The notes beneath the pieces are model-generated. The model did no database searches. It was not told the DNA's origin and saw nothing but the letters and a program-made list of their open reading frames with translations. From an uncultured Bacilli bacterium (lineage in GTDB: Bacteria > Bacillota_I > Bacilli_A > RF39 > UBA660), in contig CAJTYF010000005.1 of NCBI GenBank assembly GCA_910583945.1, positions 1,402 through 65,401 on the forward strand: DNA of 64,000 nucleotides. The letters run 5' to 3'. A program made the translations under genes and the position numbers. Positions 45,788-57,069 of this stretch are shown here, one piece after another (within the stretch, counting starts at the first letter, position 1; every line of letters starts with the position of its first letter).

Positions 45788-45814
45788 TTAGCATTTGTTT
45801 AAAAAGAGTGCTAA
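45788..45814 (+). promoter_or_regulatory. CIRCE HrcA operator just downstream of the -10 box
   Basis: TTAGCATTT-N9-GAGTGCTAA. Canonical spacing, with two mismatches in the left arm. Confidence 0.75.
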
Positions 45815-45829
45815 ATCCGAGGTGATCGT

Positions 45830-46843
45830 ATGGGAGAAAGGCAAGAGAATATTTTAAAAGCTATTGTTGAAGCCTATATTAAAACGGCCAAACCAATTGG
45901 TTCTAAGTCTTTATGCAAACGCTTTAAATGTTCCAGTGCAACGATTCGTAATGAAATGGGTGAATTAGAAAATCTAGGGTTGCTCGAAAAAAATCATATT
46001 TCTTCGGGAAGAGTACCTAGTGAAAAAGGTTATAAATATTATGTGCAATATTTAATGAAACCAAAAGAATTAACGGGAGAAGATGTATTAAAACTGCAAA
46101 CTATTTTTCATAATAAAGAATTGCAACTCAATGATTCGATTAATAAAACCGTTGAAATTATAAGTGAACTTACTAATTATACAAGTGTTATTTTAGGAAA
46201 AAGTTCAAAAGAAAATACTTTACAAAAAGTAGAAATTATTCCTCTTGGAGAAAGCAATAAAATTATTGCTATGGTTTGCACAGATAAAGGTATTATGAAA
46301 AATAAACAGTTTTTTGTAGAAGATCAAAAAGAAATAGCGGAAATTGTGAAAACAAGTGAAATGATTAATAAACGACTTGTTGGAACACCAATTGATGAGG
46401 TTTCCGAACGTTTGGAATTCGAAATCAAACCGATTATTAGTAAACAAATGAAACAATATGAAGCGATTTATAATATCTTTGCGGATGCGTTTCAAGATTT
46501 TTTAAATAATAGTCAGAATGTTTATTTTGGTGGAAAAACTAAAATTTTTGATGAACCCGAATATAATGATGCGATGGAGATTAAAAGACTGGCCAGTAAA
46601 TTTGAAGATAAGGCTCTTATAAGAAGAATTGAAGAAGCCAGTGATAGTGAAGATATTAAAATTTATATTGGTAATGAAACTGAGTTTGACCCAAATGTTA
46701 CGATTATAAAAAGTAAATATAAACTGAATGGTGAAGAAGGAACTATTGCGATTATCGGACCTAAAAGAATGGAGTATGACCGAGTGGTTGGACTATTGTC
46801 ATACTTACAAAAGGAATTAAATGGTGAGGAGGAAAATAAGTGA
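45830..46843 (+). CDS. hrcA: heat-inducible transcription repressor HrcA
   Basis: 'RQENILKAIVEAYIKTAKPIGSKSL' winged-helix N-terminus. Operon context with grpE and dnaK. Confidence 0.95.
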   Translation: MGERQENILKAIVEAYIKTAKPIGSKSLCKRFKCSSATIRNEMGELENLGLLEKNHISSGRVPSEKGYKYYVQYLMKPKELTGEDVLKLQTIFHNKELQLNDSINKTVEIISELTNYTSVILGKSSKENTLQKVEIIPLGESNKIIAMVCTDKGIMKNKQFFVEDQKEIAEIVKTSEMINKRLVGTPIDEVSERLEFEIKPIISKQMKQYEAIYNIFADAFQDFLNNSQNVYFGGKTKIFDEPEYNDAMEIKRLASKFEDKALIRRIEEASDSEDIKIYIGNETEFDPNVTIIKSKYKLNGEEGTIAIIGPKRMEYDRVVGLLSYLQKELNGEEENK

Positions 46844-47364
46844 ATGAAGCGATAAAAGAAGAACAAGTAAAAGTAAAAGAGGTTAAGAAGCCTAAAAAAA
46901 ATAAATCAAATCAAGAAATAGAAAAAATAAAAGAAGAAAATAAAACTCTTCATGAACGTGTCTTACGATTAAATGCGGAGATACAAAATATGAGTCGAAG
47001 GTATGAAGAAACCATTTCTAAACTTAGAAAATATGATGGCGAAGAGTTTGCAAAAGAGATTTTACCCGTCTTAGATAATTTTGAAAGAGCGATTAAATTA
47101 GATGATAATGATTTAACTGACGAACTTTCTAAATTCTTAAGTGGTTTTAAAATGATTTATACCAATTTTGTCAATGTTTTAAACGCTAAAGAAGTTAAAG
47201 AAATTGAGTGCTTAGGCAAAGAGTTTGACCCGAACTTTATGGAAGCTGTTTTAACGAGTAAAGAAGAAGGCATTCCAAAGGATCAAGTCATGGAAGTTTT
47301 ACAAAAAGGATATATGTATAAAGATAAATTGCTTCGAGCAGCAATGGTAAGGGTAAGTGAATAA
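46840..47364 (+). CDS. grpE: nucleotide exchange factor GrpE
   Basis: Coiled-coil N-terminus. 'ILPVLDNFERA', 'G..FDPNFMEAV' and 'VLQKGYMYKDKLLRAAMVRVS'. GTG start overlapping the hrcA stop. Confidence 0.9.
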   Translation: MNEAIKEEQVKVKEVKKPKKNKSNQEIEKIKEENKTLHERVLRLNAEIQNMSRRYEETISKLRKYDGEEFAKEILPVLDNFERAIKLDDNDLTDELSKFLSGFKMIYTNFVNVLNAKEVKEIECLGKEFDPNFMEAVLTSKEEGIPKDQVMEVLQKGYMYKDKLLRAAMVRVSE

Positions 47365-47365
47365 T

Positions 47366-47881
47366 ATGGACCCTAATTATTATATTGATAAAGAAACTTA
47401 TGCAGTGTATGAAGAAGCTCCTTATACCTTTAGTTGTGATAAAAAAATTGCTTATGCTGTTTCTGAAATGAATAAAAAAGGTTATAAAACAGAGGCAGCT
47501 TGTAGTGGACATTATAAAGTAGAGTTTCAAGAAGATTTGAATGTTGATAAAAGCTTTTTAAATGAGTGCCAACAAAATCCTAGATGTATCATAAAAGAAG
47601 TTAGAGAAAAGAATTTTGATGTTTGGACAGAAATTGATTATACTATTTTGTATGTTTTGTTTAAGGAAAGATATGATTTTTTAGAGCTACCCGAAAATTT
47701 TACTATGGATGCTTATAATGATCTTTTTCCTAATACACGAATTCAAGCATTTATTTCTTATTATGATGAGACAGGAAAAAGAAAATCGAAAGAAGAAATT
47801 GAACTTGAAATAGATAAAAATTGTGAAAGATTAAATGAATGGGCAAAAAGATTGCCATTGAATGAAGAAAGGATGATTTAA
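47366..47881 (+). CDS. hypothetical protein inserted between grpE and dnaK
   Basis: 171-aa ORF that starts 1 nt after the grpE stop and ends 1 nt before the dnaK ATG. No family recognised. Confidence 0.5.
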   Translation: MDPNYYIDKETYAVYEEAPYTFSCDKKIAYAVSEMNKKGYKTEAACSGHYKVEFQEDLNVDKSFLNECQQNPRCIIKEVREKNFDVWTEIDYTILYVLFKERYDFLELPENFTMDAYNDLFPNTRIQAFISYYDETGKRKSKEEIELEIDKNCERLNEWAKRLPLNEERMI

Positions 47882-47882
47882 A

Positions 47883-49703
47883 ATGAGTAAAATTATAGGA
47901 ATAGATTTAGGAACAACCAATTCATGTGTTGCTTATTTAGAAGGAGGAAAACCCGTTGTTATCGCTAATAGTGAAGGTAACAGAACAACTCCAAGTGTAG
48001 TGGCTTTTAAACCAGATGGAGAAAGACTTGTCGGTGAAAATGCCAAAAGACAAGCAGTAACCAATAAAAATACGGTTTCATCTGCTAAAAGAGAGATGGG
48101 AACGAATTTTAAGTTTGATATTGATGGAAAAGAATATACTCCTCAACAAATTAGTGCTGAAGTATTAATGAAATTAAAAAAAGATGCGGAAAGTTTCTTA
48201 GGAGAAACGGTTACTAAAGCCGTTATTACAGTACCAGCTTATTTTAATGATGCACAAAGACAAGCAACGAAAGATGCTGGTAAAATTGCTGGGTTAGAAG
48301 TTGAACGTATTGTTAATGAACCAACTGCTGCAGCGCTTGCTTATGGACTTGATAAACAAGATAAATTACAAACAATTTTGGTTTATGACTTAGGTGGAGG
48401 AACATTCGATGTTTCTATACTAGAACTTGGAGATGGTATTTTTGAAGTAAAAGCAACCAGTGGTAATAACCGTTTAGGTGGCGACGACTTTGATAATCGT
48501 GTTATTGATTATTTAGTAGATGAATTTAAGAAAGAAAACAGTATTGATTTAAGTAAAGATAAAATGGCCATGCAAAGACTTAAAGATGCTGCTGAAAAAG
48601 CAAAAAAAGATTTGTCTGGCATGAGTAGCACACAAATTAGTCTACCATTTATTAGTCAAAATGAGTCTGGACCAGTACATTTAGAAGTGAATTTAACGAA
48701 GGCTAAATTTGAAGATTTATGTCGTGATTTATTTGATTCAACATTAGAACCTGTTCATAAAGCTCTTAAAGATGCTAAATTAGATAAAAATCAAATTGAT
48801 CAAGTTATTTTGGTTGGTGGTTCTACACGTATTCCATATATTCAAGAACTTGTTAAGAAAGAACTTGGAAAAGAACCTAATAAAGGCGTTAATCCAGATG
48901 AAGTTGTTGCGATGGGTGCTGCCATTCAAGGTGGCGTGTTAACTGGAGAAGTTGAAGATTTAGTTTTACTTGATGTTACACCATTATCTTTAGGTATTGA
49001 AACATTAGGTGGCGTGATGACTGTGTTAATTCCAAGAAATACAACCATTCCAACAAGTAAGAGTCAAGTGTTCTCAACGGCTGCAGATAACCAACCTGCT
49101 GTAGATGTCCATGTTTTACAAGGAGAAAGACAAATGGCTGCGGACAATAAGACTTTAGGAAATTTCCAACTTACTGATATTCCACCAGCACCAAGAGGAG
49201 TACCTCAAATTGAAGTTAAATTTGATATTGATGCCAATGGTATCGTAAATGTTACTGCCAAAGATTTAGGAACGAATAAAGAACAAAAAATTACGATTCA
49301 ATCTTCTACTGGTTTAACCGACGAAGAAATTGATAAGATGGTAAAAGAAGCTGAAGCTAATAAAGAAGCGGATGAAAAGAGAAAAGAAGAAGTAGAAATT
49401 AGAAATAATGCCGATTCTTTAGTATTCCAAGCTGAAAAAGCAATTAAAGATTTAGGCGATAAAATAGAAGAAAAAGAAAAAACTGAAGCCGAAGAAAAAA
49501 TTAATGCCTTAAAAGAAGCTTTAAAAGGTAGTGATTTAGAAGATATTAAGAAGAAAACTGAAGAATTAGAAAAATCAGCCATGGATTTAGCAACGAAAGT
49601 CTATCAACAAAATGCGGCGGCTGGAAATACTGAAGCCCCTAATGATAATGCTGATTCAAATAAGAACAGTAATGTAGAAGAAGCAAATTACGAAGAAAAA
49701 TAA
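47883..49703 (+). CDS. dnaK: chaperone DnaK (Hsp70)
   Basis: '[14 protein letters not shown]', '[12 protein letters not shown]' and '[11 protein letters not shown]'. Confidence 0.98.
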   Translation: MSKIIGIDLGTTNSCVAYLEGGKPVVIANSEGNRTTPSVVAFKPDGERLVGENAKRQAVTNKNTVSSAKREMGTNFKFDIDGKEYTPQQISAEVLMKLKKDAESFLGETVTKAVITVPAYFNDAQRQATKDAGKIAGLEVERIVNEPTAAALAYGLDKQDKLQTILVYDLGGGTFDVSILELGDGIFEVKATSGNNRLGGDDFDNRVIDYLVDEFKKENSIDLSKDKMAMQRLKDAAEKAKKDLSGMSSTQISLPFISQNESGPVHLEVNLTKAKFEDLCRDLFDSTLEPVHKALKDAKLDKNQIDQVILVGGSTRIPYIQELVKKELGKEPNKGVNPDEVVAMGAAIQGGVLTGEVEDLVLLDVTPLSLGIETLGGVMTVLIPRNTTIPTSKSQVFSTAADNQPAVDVHVLQGERQMAADNKTLGNFQLTDIPPAPRGVPQIEVKFDIDANGIVNVTAKDLGTNKEQKITIQSSTGLTDEEIDKMVKEAEANKEADEKRKEEVEIRNNADSLVFQAEKAIKDLGDKIEEKEKTEAEEKINALKEALKGSDLEDIKKKTEELEKSAMDLATKVYQQNAAAGNTEAPNDNADSNKNSNVEEANYEEK

Positions 49704-49713
49704 TAAAGGAATG

Positions 49714-49739
49714 AAGGTTCTAGGGAACTAGAACTTTTT
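49714..49739 (+). terminator. rho-independent terminator after dnaK
   Basis: gttctag-ggaa-ctagaac followed by T5, flanked by A/T pairs that extend the stem. Confidence 0.65.
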
Positions 49740-49763
49740 CATACGTTTTTGAAAGGAATACTT

Positions 49764-51557
49764 ATGGCAAAAAAAAGAGAAGAATATAGTGAGCAATTAA
49801 AATGGAATGTAAAAGATTTGTATGCAAGTGAAAAGGAATACAAAAAAGACTTTGAAGAAGTTGAGAGTCGTTTAAAAGAATTGGCTTTATTTAAAGGCCA
49901 TATTATGGAAAGTGCAAAAAAATTACTTGCTTTACTTGAATTGGATACAGAAGTAGATAAAAAAATAGAGCAAATCTATGTCTATGCCCATATTCAAAAT
50001 GATCAAGATACTACAAATGTAAAGTATCAAGTTCTGTATAAAAAAGCCTATAAATTGTATGAAAGTTATAGAGAAACTACATCTTTTATTGTTCCAGAGA
50101 TTTTAAAATCAACTGAAGAAGTGGTAGAAAATTTTTTAAAAGAGGAAAAAGGTCTTCAAAGTTATGAAAGAATGTTAAAAGATTTGTTTAAAATGAAACC
50201 TTTTATTTTAGATGAAAGTAGAGAACAGTTAATTTCACAGTTTTCAGGGTTAATGGGAGTTCCTGATGAAGTATTTTCTTATTTAACGGATGCAGATTTG
50301 AAATTTGGAACGATTTTAAATGAAAATGATGAAGAAGAGGAATTAACCGAGAAAAGTTATCGTAAGTTTATCGAAAGCCCTAATAGAGAAGTTCGAAAAA
50401 ATGCCTTTTTAAAATTATTTACAACTTATGGTGATTTTAAGAATACCTATGCAGCACTTCTTGCAAGTGAAGTTGCTAAAAATAATAAAATAGCCCTTAT
50501 TCGTAGCTACAAAAGTACTCTTCATTCTTCTCTTTTTGGAAATGACATTCCGGAGTCTGTTTACTTTAATTTAATTGCTACTGTAAAAAAGAATATTGCC
50601 CCTTTATCGAAGTTTTGGAAAATTAAGAAGAAAAATTTAGGAGTAGAAGAACTTCATTTATATGATACATTTGCAAGTGGTATTAAAATACCTACTAAAA
50701 CATATAGTGAAAATGACGCTAAACAAGTTATTTTGGATTCTTTGAATGTTTTAGGGGAGAATTATATTAAAGATTTAACTCAAGCGTTTGATGAAGGTTG
50801 GATTGATTACCCACCGAATGATGGTAAAAGAAATGGGGCTTATTGTACGGCTTGTTATAATGTGCACCCTTATGTGCTCTTGTCTTTTGATGGTACTTTA
50901 AATAATGTGTCCACTTTGGCTCATGAACTTGGGCATGCCATGCATTATTACTATGCTATAAAAAATCAAAGTTATCAAGATTATGGGTATTCCATTTTTG
51001 TTGCAGAAGTAGCCAGTCAAGTGAATCAAATTTTATTAAGCAAGCATTTGATTGAAAAAAGTACGAGTAAAGAAGAAAAGATGTACTTAATTGATGATTT
51101 AATTAGCGATTTTAAATCGACGATTTATCGTCAGACCATGTTTGCAGATTTTGAATTACAAATTCATGAAAAAGAACAAAAAGGCGAAGTTTTAACCCAT
51201 GAACTATTAAGTGATTTGTATTATAAGTTGAATCAAGAATATTTTGGTGAAAACATTACAATTGATGATGAAATTCGTTATGAATGGGAAAGAATACCCC
51301 ATTTCTATATGAAGTTTTATGTGTATCAATATGCAACAGCTTATGCCGCAGCGATTAAAATTGCGATGGATATATTAAATCAAAAAGAAAATGCGTGTGA
51401 GCATTATCTAGAGTTCTTAGGACTCGGTTGTACCAAAACGCCGATTGAATCGTTAAAAGTTGCGGGTGTTGATATGACACGTGAAGAAACTTTACAGGAA
51501 GCATTTACCTATTTTGAAGATTTAGTTCGAGAATTAAAAGAATTAAGTGAGGAGTGA
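49764..51557 (+). CDS. pepF: oligoendopeptidase F (M3B family)
   Basis: Zinc site '[14 protein letters not shown]' with the downstream 'VAEVAS' glutamate. About 598 aa, typical of PepF. Confidence 0.9.
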   Translation: MAKKREEYSEQLKWNVKDLYASEKEYKKDFEEVESRLKELALFKGHIMESAKKLLALLELDTEVDKKIEQIYVYAHIQNDQDTTNVKYQVLYKKAYKLYESYRETTSFIVPEILKSTEEVVENFLKEEKGLQSYERMLKDLFKMKPFILDESREQLISQFSGLMGVPDEVFSYLTDADLKFGTILNENDEEEELTEKSYRKFIESPNREVRKNAFLKLFTTYGDFKNTYAALLASEVAKNNKIALIRSYKSTLHSSLFGNDIPESVYFNLIATVKKNIAPLSKFWKIKKKNLGVEELHLYDTFASGIKIPTKTYSENDAKQVILDSLNVLGENYIKDLTQAFDEGWIDYPPNDGKRNGAYCTACYNVHPYVLLSFDGTLNNVSTLAHELGHAMHYYYAIKNQSYQDYGYSIFVAEVASQVNQILLSKHLIEKSTSKEEKMYLIDDLISDFKSTIYRQTMFADFELQIHEKEQKGEVLTHELLSDLYYKLNQEYFGENITIDDEIRYEWERIPHFYMKFYVYQYATAYAAAIKIAMDILNQKENACEHYLEFLGLGCTKTPIESLKVAGVDMTREETLQEAFTYFEDLVRELKELSEE

Positions 51558-51561
51558 TTTT

Positions 51562-52674
51562 ATGGCGAGTAAACGAGATTATTATGAAATATTAGGGGTA
51601 TCAAAAGGTGCCAGTGATGAAGAAATCAAAAGGGCTTTTCGTAAATTAGCAAAACAATACCACCCTGATGTCAATAAAGAAGCCGATGCAGAGGAGAAAT
51701 TTAAAGAAATAGGGGAAGCGTATTCGGTTTTATCGGACCCACAAAAAAGAAGCCAATATGATCAATTTGGTCATGCAGCCTTTGAAGGTGGTGGGGCTTC
51801 AGGTTTTGGAGGCTTCCAAGATGTTGATTTAAGCGATATTTTAGATGAATTATTTGGGGGATCCTTTAACTTTGGTTTTGGTGGACGTTCGAGAACTAGT
51901 GGGAATCGTGCTACTAAAGGCCGTGACCGTTTGGTAAAAATGAATTTAACTTTTGAAGAAGCTGTTTTTGGCTGTAAAAAAAGTTTAGATATTGAGTTAA
52001 ATGAGGAATGTAGCAAATGCCATGGAGTGGGTGGTTTTAAAGAAAAGACTTGTAAGAAATGTAATGGTCGTGGTTCAATTATCAGTGAACAAAGAAGTTT
52101 ATTTGGCATGTTTCAAACCCAAACCGTTTGTGATGAATGTGGCGGAAAAGGAAAAACTTTTTCTGAAGTATGCAATGTTTGTCGTGGGTCTGGTAAAGTA
52201 AGAAATAATAAAGAAATTGTGGTGACCATTCCTGAGGGTGTTGATACGGGCTATCAACTACGTATTAGTGGTAAAGGAGAAGCCGGAAGTAATGGGGGAC
52301 CTAATGGCGATATTTATATTGAATTTAATGTGATTAAGCATGATTTCTTTGAGCGAGTAGATGAAGATATTTATTTAGAAGTTCCTATTACTATTGCCGA
52401 AGCGGCTTTAGGATGTAAAAAAGAAATTCCGACTTTAGAAAATAACGTCATTTTAGAAATCAAAGCTGGAGCTAATACTGGAGATAAATTAAAACTAAAA
52501 GGAAAAGGAATTAAAGTGCCTAATTCTTTACGAAAAGGCGATTTATTTGTAGTTTTGAATGTGGTAACACCATCCAAATTAGATCGTAAACAAAAGAAAT
52601 TATTAGAAGAATTGCAAGCAAGTGGAATAGATGATAATGCGGTATTTAAAAAATTTGCTAAACACTTGAAATAA
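51562..52674 (+). CDS. dnaJ: co-chaperone DnaJ
   Basis: J domain 'DYYEILGV...YHPD', a G/F-rich linker, and four CxxCxGxG zinc repeats. Confidence 0.95.
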   Translation: MASKRDYYEILGVSKGASDEEIKRAFRKLAKQYHPDVNKEADAEEKFKEIGEAYSVLSDPQKRSQYDQFGHAAFEGGGASGFGGFQDVDLSDILDELFGGSFNFGFGGRSRTSGNRATKGRDRLVKMNLTFEEAVFGCKKSLDIELNEECSKCHGVGGFKEKTCKKCNGRGSIISEQRSLFGMFQTQTVCDECGGKGKTFSEVCNVCRGSGKVRNNKEIVVTIPEGVDTGYQLRISGKGEAGSNGGPNGDIYIEFNVIKHDFFERVDEDIYLEVPITIAEAALGCKKEIPTLENNVILEIKAGANTGDKLKLKGKGIKVPNSLRKGDLFVVLNVVTPSKLDRKQKKLLEELQASGIDDNAVFKKFAKHLK

Positions 52675-52706
52675 AGATTATTGTGATGATAATCTTTTTC
52701 TTTTTA
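52674..52706 (+). terminator. rho-independent terminator after dnaJ
   Basis: aagattat-tgtgatg-ataatctt followed by tttctttttat. Confidence 0.6.
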
Positions 52707-52736
52707 TGATAAAATGATAAAAAGTGAGGAAATTTT

Positions 52737-54395
52737 ATGCGTAATAAAGATTTTTGGCGAAAAATATTTTTTTTGATTTTAATAGGAGTGGTAGTTGGAA
52801 TTGTTTTCTTTTTTCAAACAAAAAAAGAAGGATTTCATGAAGATGAAATTTATTCTTTGGGTTCAGCGGTTAATCCTTATGATGGGCTTTTATCAAGTTA
52901 CGGAGTTAAAGATATTCATACACTTATGATGGAAAAATATGTAAATGATGCCAATTTGTTTCAAGAAACGAAAAATATGATTCATTATGTTGTACATGGG
53001 CAAGATTATCAAAGTGAAATGGATGAATTAAACAATAGACAGATTCCCGTTTGGAAAACGAAAGAAGAAGTAAGAGATTATATTATTTTGAAAAAAGAAA
53101 ATATTTTTAATTTTAAAGCCTTATATATCAATCAAGCAAAAGATAACCATCCGCCTTTGTTTTATACGCTTGTTCATTTTTCTAGTATTTTATTTGGCGG
53201 TTCTTTTTCTAAATATACGGTTTTTGTGGTGAATATCCTTGTTTATATTGGGAGTTGTTTTCTCTTAAAGAAAATATTAAACTTATTAGATAAAAATCAT
53301 TTGCTTTTTCCGGTTTTAATTTTTTATGGGTTATCAATGGGGACCATTAGTATGGTTTTATATCAGCGTATGTATATGCTTTTGACTAGTTTTATTTTGC
53401 TTTATTACTACTTTTGTTTAGTTTTTTATAAAAATGATTTTCAGTTTACAAAATCATTAAAATGGAAAATGGGAATAACCGCTGTTTTAGGATTTTTGAC
53501 CCAGTATTTCTTTGCTATTTTTGCTTTCTTTCTTTTTGGATTCTTGTGTCTTAAAATGATTAAAGAGCATAAATATAAAGAAATGAAAAGTTTTATTATT
53601 TATCATCTTGTTTGGGCAATCTTAGGAATTTTATTGTTTGTACCTAGTATCTATCATTTGTTTTTTACAGACCGAGGGCTTACTAATTTAAATAATCAAG
53701 GGTATTTTAAAAATTTAATTGTTTATATTCATCATTTACTTTATGCTTTTAGTATTTCTTCTTTTGGAGGAATACTTGTTCTTGCTTTTCTTTTGTTTTG
53801 TTTAAAAAAGATCGGAAAGAATTTTATGTTTTGTTTCACTTTTATTCCTGGTATTTTGTATTTTTTTCTTGTAGTCAAAATGACTTCTTTTCAAGAATTA
53901 AGATATATTATGCCTTTAATACCATTTCTTAGTCTGTCTTTATTTTTCTTTTTTGATATTCTTTTTACTTTTAAATATAAAAATATTGTTCTTCTACTTT
54001 TTTCTTGTGTGGCGATTTTGAATGGATTTATATTCTCCAAACCTCAGTTTTTGTATACAGAATATAAAAATTGTTTAACTATTGCTTCTCAAAATAGAGA
54101 AAAATCATTTGTTTATGTTTATGATAATTTTTTTAATCATTTACAAAGTGTTCCAGAAATGCTTTTATACAAGAGAACAATGATTATTAATGTCAACAAA
54201 AATGAAGAAAAATATTTTTTAGAAGATGAAAGTCTAAATCAGGAAAATGATTTTATTTTAGCCATTAAATCCTATTTAGATAATGAAAATATACTTCATA
54301 AAATAAAAGAAAATACAGATTTTAAAACGTGTACATTACTTTATGGGGTAAATTCTAAAGAACTAAATACTAATTTATATTTATGTTCGAAATAA
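52737..54395 (+). CDS. polytopic membrane protein, probable GT-C (ArnT/PMT, GT39-like) glycosyltransferase
   Basis: More than 10 TM helices. An early loop 'FHEDEIYSLGS' and a 'DNHPPLFY' motif resemble GT-C glycosyltransferases. This is a family-level call only. Confidence 0.5.
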   Translation: MRNKDFWRKIFFLILIGVVVGIVFFFQTKKEGFHEDEIYSLGSAVNPYDGLLSSYGVKDIHTLMMEKYVNDANLFQETKNMIHYVVHGQDYQSEMDELNNRQIPVWKTKEEVRDYIILKKENIFNFKALYINQAKDNHPPLFYTLVHFSSILFGGSFSKYTVFVVNILVYIGSCFLLKKILNLLDKNHLLFPVLIFYGLSMGTISMVLYQRMYMLLTSFILLYYYFCLVFYKNDFQFTKSLKWKMGITAVLGFLTQYFFAIFAFFLFGFLCLKMIKEHKYKEMKSFIIYHLVWAILGILLFVPSIYHLFFTDRGLTNLNNQGYFKNLIVYIHHLLYAFSISSFGGILVLAFLLFCLKKIGKNFMFCFTFIPGILYFFLVVKMTSFQELRYIMPLIPFLSLSLFFFFDILFTFKYKNIVLLLFSCVAILNGFIFSKPQFLYTEYKNCLTIASQNREKSFVYVYDNFFNHLQSVPEMLLYKRTMIINVNKNEEKYFLEDESLNQENDFILAIKSYLDNENILHKIKENTDFKTCTLLYGVNSKELNTNLYLCSK

Positions 54396-54520
54396 AAGAA
54401 TTTTTTTCTTCTTGTAGTTATCTAATTAAGAAGGTTAGGAAGTTTGTTTTACGATAAATATGTAAATGCTTTTGTTCACTTTACAGATTTAAGAATTTTG
54501 TGGTAGAATGAAATAAGGAA

Positions 54521-55039
54521 GTGATGCAAATGGGCCGTTTTATGAGTGACGTTCTAGGATTTATAAAAAGCTTGAATCCTATAGATATCTTGCTTTATTT
54601 TGCGGTAGTCATTTTGATTGTATTAATTGTGTCATTGATTTATATAATAAAAACCAGTGATGATGAAGAAAGTGAAGAAGAGAGTCCTTCTTATTATGAT
54701 GAAACCAAAAATGATGATTTAGATTTAAAAGAAGTCATGGCCGATTTAAATAAAACGGCTTCTATTCCTTATGAGGAAACAACTTCTTACGAGGAAGAAC
54801 AAGAAGAAAAAGCCATTATTAGCTATGAAGAGTTATTAAGAAAAAGTAAATTTGGTCGACTTGATTATGAAGAAAATGAAACTAAAAATGATGAGATTAC
54901 AATTAAAAAAGTAAATTTAGAACATTTATCCAAACCGAAATTGAAAGAAGAGCTACCAAAAACGAATAATTTATTTAAGTACGAAAAGGAAGAAGCGTTT
55001 TTAAAAGCATTAAAACAATTAAACGAATTATTGAATTAA
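54521..55039 (+). CDS. hypothetical membrane-anchored acidic protein
   Basis: One TM helix followed by a Glu/Asp-rich tail. The start is ambiguous (54521-54542). Confidence 0.4.
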   Translation: MMQMGRFMSDVLGFIKSLNPIDILLYFAVVILIVLIVSLIYIIKTSDDEESEEESPSYYDETKNDDLDLKEVMADLNKTASIPYEETTSYEEEQEEKAIISYEELLRKSKFGRLDYEENETKNDEITIKKVNLEHLSKPKLKEELPKTNNLFKYEKEEAFLKALKQLNELLN

Positions 55040-55057
55040 AAGAAAAAGAGGGGTTTT

Positions 55058-56338
55058 ATGAAGTTTTATATTATTACCTTAGGGTGTAAAGTCAATACTT
55101 ATGAAAGTGAAGTGATTAAAGAAAAACTACTTAATCGTCATTTTTCTCTTGCTATAAATGAAGAGGAGAGTGATATCGTTATTATTAATACTTGTTCTGT
55201 TACCAATATGGCTGATAATAAATCTAAAAAAATGGTACGTCGTGCTAAGCGAATGAATAAAATTGTTGTTGTTTGTGGATGTAGTAGTGAGAATATTGAA
55301 AAAGATTATAAAGAAATAGGTATTGATGTTTTAATTGGAAATAATGAAAAAAGTAAAATAGACGTCTTAATAGAAAATTATTTAGAAACTAAACGAAGTT
55401 ATGAAAAGTTTTATCATACGCGTGAGCTAGCTTTTGAGGATATGGAAGTTTCTAAATTTACAAGTTTAACTCGAGCCTTTGTGAAGATTCAAGATGGATG
55501 TAATAATTTTTGTAGTTATTGTATTATCCCTTATGTTCGGGGAAATGTTAGAAATAAAGATTTTTTTAAAGCCATAAAGGAAGTGGAAACCCTTGTTTAT
55601 AATGGACATAAAGAAATTGTTTTAACGGGTATTCATACCGGTTCTTATTATGATCATGGCAAAGATTTAGCAGATTTAATACATGAGATTAGTAAAATTA
55701 AAGATTTAAAACGCATTCGTATTTCTTCTATTGAAGTGACAGAACTGAGTGATAAAATGTTGTTAGAAATTGAAGAGAATGAGAAAATTGTGAATCATTT
55801 TCATGTGCCTTTACAAGCGGGAAGTGATGAAATTTTAAAGTCTATGAATCGAAAATACGATCTTTCTTATTTTGAAGAAAAACTAAGGCACTTACGTCAA
55901 ATAAAAAAAGACGTTTCAATTACGACGGATGTTATTGTAGGGTTTCCTGGTGAAACCGAAGCGTTATTTTTAAAAACAATAGAGACTGTAAAAAAATTTG
56001 CATTTTCTAAAATTCATGTTTTCCCTTATTCTATTCGTACAGGAACGCTTGCTAGTCGAATGCCTAATCAAGTTTTAGATTCCGAAAAACATAAGCGTAG
56101 TCAACTTTTAAACCAAGTGAGTTTGGAATTGGAACAACAATTTTTAGAGACTTTTTTAAATCAAGAATTAGAAGTATTGATTGAACAAGTTTTTGAACAT
56201 TATAGTCTAGGAACAACCTCTAATTATATTAAAGTGCGTCTTAACAAAAAAATGAATAAGAATGAATTTGTAAAAGTAAAAATTATTTCTTGTCAAGAAG
56301 CTTATTTAATTGGTGAAGAACTCATTTACATTTCTTGA
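55058..56338 (+). CDS. mtaB: radical-SAM methylthiotransferase, MtaB (YqeV)-type
   Basis: UPF0004 N-domain Cys residues, radical-SAM 'CNNFCSYCIIPYVRG', and a TRAM-like C-terminus. Lies downstream of dnaJ, as Bacillus yqeV does. Confidence 0.8.
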   Translation: MKFYIITLGCKVNTYESEVIKEKLLNRHFSLAINEEESDIVIINTCSVTNMADNKSKKMVRRAKRMNKIVVVCGCSSENIEKDYKEIGIDVLIGNNEKSKIDVLIENYLETKRSYEKFYHTRELAFEDMEVSKFTSLTRAFVKIQDGCNNFCSYCIIPYVRGNVRNKDFFKAIKEVETLVYNGHKEIVLTGIHTGSYYDHGKDLADLIHEISKIKDLKRIRISSIEVTELSDKMLLEIEENEKIVNHFHVPLQAGSDEILKSMNRKYDLSYFEEKLRHLRQIKKDVSITTDVIVGFPGETEALFLKTIETVKKFAFSKIHVFPYSIRTGTLASRMPNQVLDSEKHKRSQLLNQVSLELEQQFLETFLNQELEVLIEQVFEHYSLGTTSNYIKVRLNKKMNKNEFVKVKIISCQEAYLIGEELIYIS

Positions 56339-56362
56339 TTTTAGAGTATAATTATAGATAGG

Positions 56363-56758
56363 GTGAAGACTATGTTTAAGGATACTTATTTTCCAAAGTT
56401 TAAAGTTTTAGAGAACAATACGACCATAGGAGAGTTAGAAGTCAATCAAGATTTTATTAAGCAAAATACCTTTTATCAACCCATGATTCGTGAAAAGGAA
56501 ACAAAAGAAGTTCTTAAAGTGGGAACGCGAGATAATGAAGTCATTCAAAAATTTATTATTGCTTCAATGAATGATTATTATAATCGTTTGTTGAACTCTA
56601 ATGGGAATGAGAGAAATATAATGCTTACTAATTACAATCGCTTGTATGATTTGTGGAAAGAACTTTTTAATTATAAAAGAACTAATAATATAACAGAAAT
56701 CAATAAAACGTATGATATGTTTACGTATGGACTTTATTTAATTGGTTATGAAATGTAA
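56363..56758 (+). CDS. hypothetical protein
   Basis: 131-aa ORF (ATG at 56372 is a possible start). No family recognised. Confidence 0.4.
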   Translation: MKTMFKDTYFPKFKVLENNTTIGELEVNQDFIKQNTFYQPMIREKETKEVLKVGTRDNEVIQKFIIASMNDYYNRLLNSNGNERNIMLTNYNRLYDLWKELFNYKRTNNITEINKTYDMFTYGLYLIGYEM

Positions 56759-56820
56759 GAAACAGATTGTTTCTTTTTTTTATTGTGTTATAATTTTATT
56801 AGAAACGATAGAGGTGTTAT

Positions 56821-57069
56821 ATGGGGTATTTTAGTAGGGCGGATCAGGTACGAAAAAACTCTAAAGGAGAGTTACAACTTCAAATGATTGAATTTATTTT
56901 AAGAGTTTATCCAGATAGGGATTCATTTGAACTGATCAATTTTTCTTTTAATAGGCTTCGTCAACTTTACAATCAAGCGAAGAAAGAGAATGAAAAAAGC
57001 AAATATCTAAATGTTAATACTTTTCTAATGACTTATGATGAATACAATGAGATGAGTTATGGAAGATAA
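56821..57069 (+). CDS. hypothetical small protein
   Basis: 82-aa ORF overlapping the recombinase start by 11 nt. Confidence 0.4.
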   Translation: MGYFSRADQVRKNSKGELQLQMIEFILRVYPDRDSFELINFSFNRLRQLYNQAKKENEKSKYLNVNTFLMTYDEYNEMSYGR

